64,000 bases of DNA from a virus. Shown piece after piece: positions 10,159 to 17,476 of this stretch. The number at the start of each line of letters is the position of its first letter. Positions within the stretch are counted from its first letter, which is position 1. The position numbers were made by a program, and so were the translations under genes. The notes under the pieces are model-generated. The model made no database searches. It worked only from the letters and a program-made list of their open reading frames with translations, and was not told where the DNA came from. The stretch covers positions 1-64,000 of IMG/VR virus record IMGVR_UViG_3300010883_000017. The stretch is one strand, 5' to 3'.

Positions 10159-10750
10159 GCGCCCTAAGTCAGCGCGCCTGCATAGCTTGTTACAGGAGTT
10201 GGATATCAAATCCTGGGACGTGCTCTTAATAGGGGATGGTTCCGGCAGCGGCTGGGATATCGGGGTTGGTTGGTCGTGCGTAGTGATAGATCGATATACG
10301 AAGTCTCGGAAGCTAATACACGGCGGCGGTAGTACAGGAACTGTAAATATCGCGGAGCTGATGGCCTACGTGCACGCCATGCTTTGGTACTCTACCCACA
10401 TAGGCCGTGAGCTGCGCAAGCAATACCCTCGCAAGATTCTCAATATTCATGTAATCACGGATTCCCGTGTTATTGTGACCCAGGGCAAGAAGGTTGCAGA
10501 ACGGAACACAGAAGGGCTGGCTAACCGCGCGTTGTGGGCATCCATCAGCGATATCGCCCGCCAGGGTTACACATTCCACTGGCATTGGATCGCGCGGCTC
10601 ACTAATGAATTGAACTGGGCGGCCGATCAGATGGCAGGCTCAGCCAGAAAAGCTGTAAAAAATTGCATGCTTACTGAGGACGTGCCGGATGAGAACGGCA
10701 AGTATACGGGGGTGTCGATATACGACATCAACCCACTAATTAAAAAATGA
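10145..10750 (+). CDS. rnhA: ribonuclease HI
   Basis: Catalytic pattern IGDGS...VNIAEL...ITDS...NRALW...WHWI...N..AD; start uncertain (track ORF begins 10079). Confidence 0.82.
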   Translation: MKKSKRPKSARLHSLLQELDIKSWDVLLIGDGSGSGWDIGVGWSCVVIDRYTKSRKLIHGGGSTGTVNIAELMAYVHAMLWYSTHIGRELRKQYPRKILNIHVITDSRVIVTQGKKVAERNTEGLANRALWASISDIARQGYTFHWHWIARLTNELNWAADQMAGSARKAVKNCMLTEDVPDENGKYTGVSIYDINPLIKK

Positions 10751-10868
10751 CCAAAGGTTAGCGAAGAATAGCAAAGTGAGGTTGCGGCTAGTTATGCGTG
10801 GGTGTGAAATTTCGTGCATTGTTTAGCAAGTGCCCCCGTTATGTAGAAATATATACCGGGGGATTTTT
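10749..10868 (+). ncRNA. detached array unit U0 (pentamer tract + GAAA hairpin + U-tract)
   Basis: 10754-10828 reads aaggt tagcg aagaa tagca aagtg aggtt gcggc tagtt atgcg tgggt gtgaa atttc gtgca ttgtt tagca (G at position 3 in 14/15), then cccccgttatgta-GAAA-tatataccggggg-attttt-aatccaag, matching the array repeat. Confidence 0.8.
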
Positions 10869-10932
10869 AATCCAAGTGCAGTGAAGAGAGACTAGAAGTG
10901 CAAATCCAAGTAACACAAGGCAAAGTAGGACA

Positions 10933-11481
10933 ATGAATATCTGCCATGAGCACGAGTTCATACTATGGGCACACCCGAGAACCGCAGCGCGTTTTGTATA
11001 TTCTGCGCTGCGGAACCGCGGAAGCATGGGTCCTCTCACGCATCGAACCGGTGTTCCGATAGACGGCGCTGGTTACAGTGTTGTTTGCACGGTGCGCAAT
11101 CCCTATACGCGAATGCTATCTGCGTGGAAGTGGACGAATGCGGTGGGAAAGCAGCGGTACTCGCCGGAGAGTTTTACGGAGTTTGTAAGAAAGCACACGC
11201 CGTTATGGGGGTTACCGCCGATTTCAAAGGACCTGGGCCACAAGTTGAAGATGGTCAAATACTTTGTGCGCACAGAGTCGATTGAGAAAGACTTACGCGC
11301 ACTCCCCTGGGTTCCGGACACACATTCGTTCCCCAAGAATACGTACTGTAGTAATTATAAGGGCTACACTCCGACCGCTTTGTATGACGAAGAAGCACAA
11401 GAGAAAGTTCGCCGGTTGTATTGCGGAGATTTTGCAGAGTTCGGATACGATCCAGATGTGATTCCCGCAACGTTTTATTAA
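10933..11481 (+). CDS. sulfotransferase family 2 protein
   Basis: HPRTA, VRNPYTRMLSAW, FVRTESIEKDL, LY..D...FGY. Confidence 0.8.
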   Translation: MNICHEHEFILWAHPRTAARFVYSALRNRGSMGPLTHRTGVPIDGAGYSVVCTVRNPYTRMLSAWKWTNAVGKQRYSPESFTEFVRKHTPLWGLPPISKDLGHKLKMVKYFVRTESIEKDLRALPWVPDTHSFPKNTYCSNYKGYTPTALYDEEAQEKVRRLYCGDFAEFGYDPDVIPATFY

Positions 11482-11494
11482 CGAAAGAAGGACA

Positions 11495-11755
11495 ATGAGA
11501 GTAACGGAGATTTCTGTAGAAGTAGGCAGAACTGCCACCATTAATTACCAGAGCGCGCGCAACTCAGTTGGTCTTACAGCCACCCTAGCGGCTGATGACC
11601 ACGCGCCTACCGCGATCCGCTCGTTACAAAAGCAAGCCGTAGATATGCTTCTAGGTGACAACGAACAATTTCGGGACGCCGAAAATGTGACTTCTGTGGA
11701 TGCGGAGAGCCTAGATGCGGCTATTCGTGCAGGGGCGGAGTCTCGCGAACACTGA
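11495..11755 (+). CDS. hypothetical protein
   Basis: AAGGA RBS, compact ORF. Confidence 0.6.
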   Translation: MRVTEISVEVGRTATINYQSARNSVGLTATLAADDHAPTAIRSLQKQAVDMLLGDNEQFRDAENVTSVDAESLDAAIRAGAESREH

Positions 11756-11796
11756 TTTACCGTGGGTAACGGGCAAATACTTTGTTATCCATAACA

Positions 11797-12810
11797 GGAT
11801 TTTTGATCTAAGTCGTGCCCCGTAGTGTGGAGAGGATCTAAGAGGACTACCGCCGACAACAGGAAGTACGGTATGCATCCTTGGCGTGCAGAAATGTGCG
11901 CCAGGGGTTTTTTGATCTAAGGCCAGTCTTGAGGAACGAAGTTCGGGAAAGTCTCGATGAGTTTACTTGTGTACTGCCAATTTTAGTTCGCAATAGTGAT
12001 GGAAAGCGGTGCGGATTTTAGCGCGGCGTAGTACAGTGCCCCCGCCATGTGGAAACGCGTGGCGGGGGATTTTTGATCCAAGGGAAGAGGCGCAAAGGGG
12101 TACCAAGTTGAGCTCCGCATACAAACGCTTAGAACTCGGCAGTACAGCGAGGGATAGCGCTGCGCAGCGATGCGTAGACTAATGTAAGTAAGCATCCCTG
12201 TCGTATGGAAACATGCGCCAGGGATTTTTTGATCTAAGAAATAGCAAAGCAGCGTACGGGCATGATCACTCATAACAAGTCGAGCGCACTCTAGGTGTGT
12301 GCGGTATACAAGAGTAACAGCCCCCGTCATGTAGAAATGTGTGACGGGGGATTTTTGATCTAAGCCGGGTAGGGTAGAGGGATGCTCGGTAAATACCAGC
12401 CGGGACAAGTGTGGCCGTCAAGTGCGGGCTCAGTTAAGTTAGCGCTTCCGTCGTGCAGAAATGTGTGGCGGGGGATTTTTGATCCTAGGAAAGAGCCGTT
12501 GTGGCAAGTGGAGAGGAGCCCAGACCAGCATCGTATAGTAGCGCTCGGTCAAGCTCGGGATACCTTAGCCCGCGTAATCAGAGATGGTTGCGCGGGTATT
12601 TTTGGCCCCGTTCGTCTAGTGGACTAGGACACCGGCTTCTCAAGCCGGGAACAGGAGTTCAATTCTCCTACGGGGTACATTTTGATCCAAGTGGAGTCGA
12701 TATTACCGGTGTATAGGGGAGGCTAGTCCTGCAACGAGCAGTTCTGCGTCGCTCAGATAACCAGACTAGTGGGCCCGGGCGTTCGTTACGGGCGCTCGGG
12801 CTCATTTATT
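11797..12810 (+). repeat. tandem non-coding RNA array of 7 units: GATCYAAG + (AGY-NN)n tract + hairpin + U-tract
   Basis: Unit starts (GATCYAAG/GATCCTAG) at 11805, 11914, 12075, 12231, 12357, 12481, 12684. GNRA hairpins begin near 11879, 12039, 12195, 12321, 12445, 12568, with G-U pairs and compensatory changes; the last unit ends in a different GC hairpin (12771-12803). Tracts differ between units but are 5-nt periodic. Confidence 0.92.
12605..12677 (+). tRNA. tRNA-Glu (anticodon CUC), embedded in the array
   Basis: Acceptor gccccgt/acggggt, D arm gtctagtggactaggac, anticodon arm ccggc-ttCTCaa-gccgg, T arm aggag-ttcaatt-ctcct; no complete CCA encoded. Confidence 0.9.
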
Positions 12811-12812
12811 AC

Positions 12813-13889
12813 GTGGCAAACTGGGTTCAAATAGGGAATGTAAATATGAAAAGCAGGAAGAAAAAAGTTAAGCAAAATACAAAGCGAAACGCGCCGAAAA
12901 CATCAGTTTTGCGCCGCAAGAATACACGTTTAATGAGCAGGACTTCCGGAGGACGGCAGTCAGTTGTCGAAGCGCGTCTTGATAAAAAGGCCGATACAAT
13001 TTTGGCCAAAGCAAAAATCATCAAGATAGCTGCGCAACCAACAAAGGTGTACCGCACTGTGAAAATTGACGATCTCCAGATCGACAACTCTTATCAGCGT
13101 CCGCTGAAAGAAGGTCATATTGCTGACATCATGATGTACTTCAATTGGGAGGGCTTCGGCACACCAGTTATAGGACGCCGTACTGGTGGCGGGCTATGGT
13201 TAATTGACGGGCAGCAGCGGATTACCGCAGCGCAGCGCTTGGGTGCTACCAGCGTTGGCGCAGAGATCCGCGATTCTGTAGGGCCCAAATATGAAGCAAG
13301 TCTGTTTCATTTGTTGAACTCAACGAGCGTCGTCCCGACGAAGATGCAGATCTTCCGCGCGGCATTGCGCGCGGGTAATAAGAACGCCGTTGCTATCAAT
13401 AAAGCAGTTAAAGAGGCGGGATTTCAAATCCATTTGAATGCGGTCAATTATAGCGGCAGCGAGTGGCCGTATATTCGAGCACTCAGTCGTTTAGAAAAGC
13501 TGTTTAAGTACGGCGGCGTACAATTTCTTACGGAGGTGCTCTCGATAATTAGTGAGACGTGGCCGGAAGAAGATGACGCAGTTCGCGAGGACGTTATCGG
13601 TGGAATGCACCGGTTTATTCGTTTTACTCGGTACAGTGATCCGCGCCCCAAGGGCTGGTTGCACGAGCTCATGCCCACAAGGGGGATGACGCGCCGCGAT
13701 CGTATCGTAGAGGCGATTACGCAGAAGGGTCTGACTGCTGCAGGCTTACATAACAAAGCTGCGAACAGCAAGGAATCGGCGTCTGGCTACAGCCGCGCCG
13801 AAGCTGTGCAGCGTATCTTGGACGAGACGTGCAGGTTTAATAGCCGCCGTAGAACGCCTAAAAGTACCGCTGCCGACGACATGGTTTAA
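12813..13889 (+). CDS. ParB/DGQHR-like (DUF6551-type) protein
   Basis: LQIDNSYQRPL ... LWLIDGQQRITAA ... EASLF..LN; the real start may be ATG 12846. Confidence 0.7.
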   Translation: MANWVQIGNVNMKSRKKKVKQNTKRNAPKTSVLRRKNTRLMSRTSGGRQSVVEARLDKKADTILAKAKIIKIAAQPTKVYRTVKIDDLQIDNSYQRPLKEGHIADIMMYFNWEGFGTPVIGRRTGGGLWLIDGQQRITAAQRLGATSVGAEIRDSVGPKYEASLFHLLNSTSVVPTKMQIFRAALRAGNKNAVAINKAVKEAGFQIHLNAVNYSGSEWPYIRALSRLEKLFKYGGVQFLTEVLSIISETWPEEDDAVREDVIGGMHRFIRFTRYSDPRPKGWLHELMPTRGMTRRDRIVEAITQKGLTAAGLHNKAANSKESASGYSRAEAVQRILDETCRFNSRRRTPKSTAADDMV

Positions 13890-13902
13890 TACATGCGTAT
13901 AA

Positions 13903-14018
13903 GCCCCCACACACACACTTTGCGTGTGTGCGGGGGTTGTTTACTGCTCTGTGCTGCTGCGCGATACAAAGCGGAGCTGGGTCAAGCGGAGAAATGCCCG
14001 GGCCAGCATAGCAGAGTT
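13903..14018 (+). promoter_or_regulatory. hairpin plus pentamer-periodic tract in the leader of the RAMP-like gene
   Basis: ccccc...ggggg hairpin at 13903-13937, then 13944-14018 ctgct ctgtg ctgct gcgcg ataca aagcg gagct gggtc aagcg gagaa atgcc cgggc cagca tagca gagtt (G at position 3 in 14/15). Confidence 0.75.
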
Positions 14019-14051
14019 TTTGTTTTTGAAATTAAATGGAGGAATTTGAGT

Positions 14052-14846
14052 ATGCCAACCACAAAAAAGGCCCCTAAAAAGGCCACTAAAAAGAGAGGCG
14101 TTAAAGGAAATATGTCTGCGATGTTAGCAGAGATGCCAGACGACGCGCTTGCTACCATAGAAAAAGAGGGGGGAGACCTTCTCGACCTGGAGCTTATTGA
14201 GTTTCACTGGTTGGAGTGTGAAATCATCGGATCAAGTCCTTTGGTTACTAATCGGTTCTCTGATGAGTCTTTGGATGCGATCGAGGGTAATCAGACCCAA
14301 GGAGCAACTGGTAAGAAGCTTAAGAAGCCCCCGCGACAACCTGAGAAGGAGTTTATGCAGGCTGCGCATATATGTAAGGGGAAAGCAGATCCTGCGCACC
14401 TTGAGAAGAACATCTATGGATTTCCCGCTGTCGCTTTGAAAAAGGCCATGGCTAACGGGAACTACAGATACGGAGGCGCGAAGGATAAGGTGTCGCAGAT
14501 GGGCGCATTTCATGTGCACGGCCCCTGGCACGGGCTGATCGAGGTGCAGGGGCTTGATGACAAGCCGTGTATCCCCTCGATGGGACGTGATATGGTCCAG
14601 CTTCCTAAGGGGCAGATTGCGTCTATCGCGTATAGACCATACTACTTCCCGTGGAAGATGAGCGTATTTATCCGGTATTGTCCGACCTTGATGTCCAAGG
14701 ACGAGCTGATTCACGCCCTGTATATCGCAGGCAATTGCATCGGCATTGGTTCTTGGCGCACGGAAAAGAGCGGGGACAAGGGCTCGTTCGACGTCGGTGA
14801 TATCAAGTACCACGGAAAAAACTTCCAAGCACCTCTGTGCTCGTAA
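14052..14846 (+). CDS. stand-alone RAMP / Cas7(Csm3)-like RNA-binding protein
   Basis: GGAGG RBS before ATG 14052; beta1 ECEIIGSSPLV, YGFPAVALKKAM (cf. Csm3 PYIPGSSLKG), C-terminal G-rich loop GIGSWRTEKSGDKGSFDV. Confidence 0.72.
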   Translation: MPTTKKAPKKATKKRGVKGNMSAMLAEMPDDALATIEKEGGDLLDLELIEFHWLECEIIGSSPLVTNRFSDESLDAIEGNQTQGATGKKLKKPPRQPEKEFMQAAHICKGKADPAHLEKNIYGFPAVALKKAMANGNYRYGGAKDKVSQMGAFHVHGPWHGLIEVQGLDDKPCIPSMGRDMVQLPKGQIASIAYRPYYFPWKMSVFIRYCPTLMSKDELIHALYIAGNCIGIGSWRTEKSGDKGSFDVGDIKYHGKNFQAPLCS

Positions 14847-14858
14847 ATAGTTAGTTAC

Positions 14859-14906
14859 GCCCCCGGCCTCGTTGATTATGTCAGCGGGGCCGGGGTTATT
14901 TTTTTT
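14859..14906 (+). terminator. intrinsic terminator after the RAMP-like gene
   Basis: ccccggcctcgttga/tcagcggggccgggg stem followed by a T8 tract. Confidence 0.75.
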
Positions 14907-14925
14907 GGCTTCTGGAGAAACAACA

Positions 14926-15177
14926 ATGTCAGATCCTACTGAAAGCATTCGACGAGAAATGGTTGCTCACATTAATAACGAGCCGGCCACACGAGAGCAA
15001 CTTGAAGAGCAGCACGGACGCGTATGGGATACCGCAGAAATGCAAAAAGACTTCGAGGTACTTGGTTTCATGGCACCGCTCGTGGTCGTTAAGAGAACCG
15101 AAGACGCCGTTCGCGGCGCGTTGGAATTCCAACATGCCCCGCGCTTCTATTACGGCTTTACGGAATCACAGGGATAG
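14926..15177 (+). CDS. conserved phage hypothetical protein
   Basis: GGAG RBS; FEVLGFMAPLVVVKR...G.LEFQH.PRFY. Confidence 0.65.
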   Translation: MSDPTESIRREMVAHINNEPATREQLEEQHGRVWDTAEMQKDFEVLGFMAPLVVVKRTEDAVRGALEFQHAPRFYYGFTESQG

Positions 15178-15180
15178 CCT

Positions 15181-15819
15181 GTGCATATTGTCCACATCAT
15201 CGCATCTGAAGGAGCAGATGCCGATGATGCCCGCCTGATGGCGGAAAACGGGATAGAAGGCTACGGCAACGGAGACGTGTGGGATTGGTACGAGGTTGGA
15301 GGTCGCTGGGAGGGCTTTATCGGTGCCACTTATGGTGAAACTGGAGAAGAGCAAGTCCCGGGGGTAAACCAGCTTTGTTACGCAGAGAATCCCGAGTTAT
15401 TTAACGAAACCATAGACAACGCGATCAGCGGTCGAAACGCTGAGTTACTTGAGGCGTTACACGCCATCCGTGGTGACGTAATTAGTTCTGAGGTAGTTCC
15501 TGAGCACTTCATGGGCCTGCCCATAGATAATAAAGAAGCAGTGGCAAAAAGGGTATCAGAGCAAAATGTTGCACACAGCGCCGAGTGGCAGGCACTACTA
15601 GCCTGCAATACAGTGGCCGATCTGGACAAGATAAACGGCCAACACCACCTGGTGTTTTACAAGGTTTACAAACTAATGAAGGGGGTGATGGGTCACTATG
15701 ATTTTGACAGCCGCTTTTACGACGCAGACGCCGGTAGCACGGGCCGCTCGTACGTAGACGACCGGAAGGGGTGCGACCCGGATAAACAATGGATTACCGT
15801 TTTTGACCTACACAATTAA
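15181..15819 (+). CDS. phage hypothetical protein (WDWYxxGGRW motif)
   Basis: WDWYEVGGRWEG and terminal W.TVFDLHN. Confidence 0.65.
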   Translation: MHIVHIIASEGADADDARLMAENGIEGYGNGDVWDWYEVGGRWEGFIGATYGETGEEQVPGVNQLCYAENPELFNETIDNAISGRNAELLEALHAIRGDVISSEVVPEHFMGLPIDNKEAVAKRVSEQNVAHSAEWQALLACNTVADLDKINGQHHLVFYKVYKLMKGVMGHYDFDSRFYDADAGSTGRSYVDDRKGCDPDKQWITVFDLHN

Positions 15820-15829
15820 GGAGTTTTAA

Positions 15830-16072
15830 ATGGCAGTACAGGAGACCTTTAGTCTTACAGACATCTTTGATGAGGCGCAGCTCACCAGATTAATCACTCT
15901 TTGGAAGAAACCAGGCACCACCACCGAAGATATATGCACTAAAATAATTGAGCCCAATATGGGTCAGATTAATGAAAAACTGAGCATACTTACAGATGGT
16001 AGGATGGCTGACAATTACCCACAGTACATTGCGTACTGTTGTGAATTTGCATTAAGGAAAACAGATAATTGA
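15830..16072 (+). CDS. hypothetical protein
   Basis: AAGGAG RBS. Confidence 0.55.
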   Translation: MAVQETFSLTDIFDEAQLTRLITLWKKPGTTTEDICTKIIEPNMGQINEKLSILTDGRMADNYPQYIAYCCEFALRKTDN

Positions 16073-16085
16073 AGGAGGTAGCTAT

Positions 16086-16682
16086 ATGGCGACCACGGAA
16101 ACGGCACAAACCCCGGCGCTAGCCACGCCAGTTGAAGTTCGATTTAGAGCTGCAACAGGTTCGCGCTTTAATAAAGCAGATGCTGAACGAATTGGGCCCG
16201 AACTACTGCGGCTGAAGAAGCACCACGGAGTTCTTACCAAGGATCTACTTGTACAAAAGGCGCAGAGCGCCCGCTCGATCTTGCATGCTGATTTTAATTG
16301 GGATGACGCAACAGCTGCGCATGCCCACCGATTGGAGCAAGCACGTTACATACTGCGGTCCATCATGATTGTGTGGGATGAGAGCACACCTGATGGCGGT
16401 GTCGAGCAGGTGTCTACGCGCTTGTTCCACAGTGTCCGCGTGAACAGCGATGATGAGGATGCCCCAACAAACCGCGGTACCCGCAGTCAACGCGTACACG
16501 TCACGTTTCGAGATGTGGTTGAGAACCCGGAATACGCTCAACAGGTCATCGATTCTATGGAACGAGCAGTAGTGCGGTTGGATGCACGATTTCGGTTTTA
16601 TTTGGATAAAGTTCCAATGTTTGCCGAAAGGTACCAGGGACTTTTTGACGAGATTACCGCCTTGGAAGATAACATAGACTAG
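16086..16682 (+). CDS. conserved phage protein (LH..F.WDD..AA..HRL.QAR family)
   Basis: AAGGAGG RBS; motif IG.EL..L....G.LT...LV..A....S.LH..FNWDD..AA.AHRLEQAR.I.RSI. Confidence 0.7.
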   Translation: MATTETAQTPALATPVEVRFRAATGSRFNKADAERIGPELLRLKKHHGVLTKDLLVQKAQSARSILHADFNWDDATAAHAHRLEQARYILRSIMIVWDESTPDGGVEQVSTRLFHSVRVNSDDEDAPTNRGTRSQRVHVTFRDVVENPEYAQQVIDSMERAVVRLDARFRFYLDKVPMFAERYQGLFDEITALEDNID

Positions 16683-16749
16683 TTGTAGACTAGTTATCGG
16701 TCGTGGCTACTTGAGGAACTATCGTTGACAGTCCTGCACTGTGCCAGAC

Positions 16750-17100
16750 GTTAATCGGCCCCGTGAGTGTTATTTTTGTCACTGCGGGTGTCAAATTTGA
16801 CACTCACGGGTACTCGGTGCGTTATTTTCAGTAAAAACTAAGTATTTGGTCGTACCCAGCTAGCACGTAGATAACATCAATATTCGTTGATACGTGTACT
16901 TCTTGTAAATTTCGTCAACAATTATGATTTTGGCTTAAACCATTAGAAATAAAGGAGTTACGTGGGGTCTAGAGGCCGACCGCTAGGGAGGCGTCTTTAG
17001 ACCCACAACACCCCACAGGGTGTTAATAGCATAACTTTTATGCTATTGCGATTTGACACTTTCGGGCACTTCGCCTGATTTTGCGGGCACTTCGCCCGAA
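16750..17100. promoter_or_regulatory. non-coding region dense in inverted and direct repeats (origin or regulatory hub candidate)
   Basis: 11-bp IR 16760-16770/16800-16810; perfect palindrome gtgtcaaatttgacac 16788-16803; 10-bp IR 17025-17047; direct repeat cgggcacttcgcc 17063-17075/17084-17096; atttgacact twice. Confidence 0.55.
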
Positions 17101-17476
17101 AAGCACTGCAAGGAGGGTTCCCACAGTGACACGAGAGACGCAGATTCTTCGATTAACCGCAGATGAGGTGGCGAGATTAGAGCGCCTATGTACGGCGCCG
17201 GACCCTGATGTTGAAAATAACGCAGTTGTTTTCGATCGCAGTGTTTCGTTTAGTTCCAATTGTGTGGGTTACGTTCAGGTGATTTCTAGCGCTCATCCGG
17301 GTAAAAAGCCGTGTTGGACGCAGGCCGTGCTTTTTCAGCAGGGGGTATCGGATGAGCTCCTGGAGCTCGTTTGCACGCCGCCGGGCGATACAGTTCTAGG
17401 CGAATACAATATGCATCTTGGTGATAGGGAGTACACGATTGACGTAGTTCTAGACAAGAACGAGGAGTTTGTTTAA
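17081..17476 (+). CDS. hypothetical protein
   Basis: ORF abutting the next gene; true start probably downstream of the GGAGG near 17113. Confidence 0.5.
   Translation: MRALRPKSTARRVPTVTRETQILRLTADEVARLERLCTAPDPDVENNAVVFDRSVSFSSNCVGYVQVISSAHPGKKPCWTQAVLFQQGVSDELLELVCTPPGDTVLGEYNMHLGDREYTIDVVLDKNEEFV

Noticed and set aside
11983-12716. ORFs 11983..12408(-), 12382..12627(+), 12501..12716(+)
   Set aside because: They cross the RNA repeats and the tRNA, lack RBS and motifs, and 5-nt periodicity argues against coding
11797-12810. Canonical CRISPR array
   Set aside because: Repeats vary in sequence, the intervening tracts are long, uneven and internally periodic, and no cas1/cas2 is present in the window
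11797-12810. Array as a CsrB-like CsrA sponge
   Set aside because: Only U1 is notably GGA-rich; hairpin loops are GAAA/GAGA and the pentamer pattern explains the tracts better
11797-12810. Integron attC cassette array
   Set aside because: No integrase or GTTRRRY/RYYYAAC boxes are evident; G-U-rich GNRA stems indicate RNA rather than ssDNA structure
13893-14051. 53-aa N-terminal extension of the RAMP-like ORF
   Set aside because: A strong GGAGG RBS precedes ATG 14052 and the extension spans a hairpin and the pentamer tract
14232-14948. Long antisense ORFs (e.g. 14232..14948, 24080..24733, 44870..45772)
   Set aside because: Shadows of well-supported + strand genes with no motifs of their own
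16683-16750. Additional pentamer tract after 16086-16682
   Set aside because: G periodicity is weak and needs several slips; no flanking repeat
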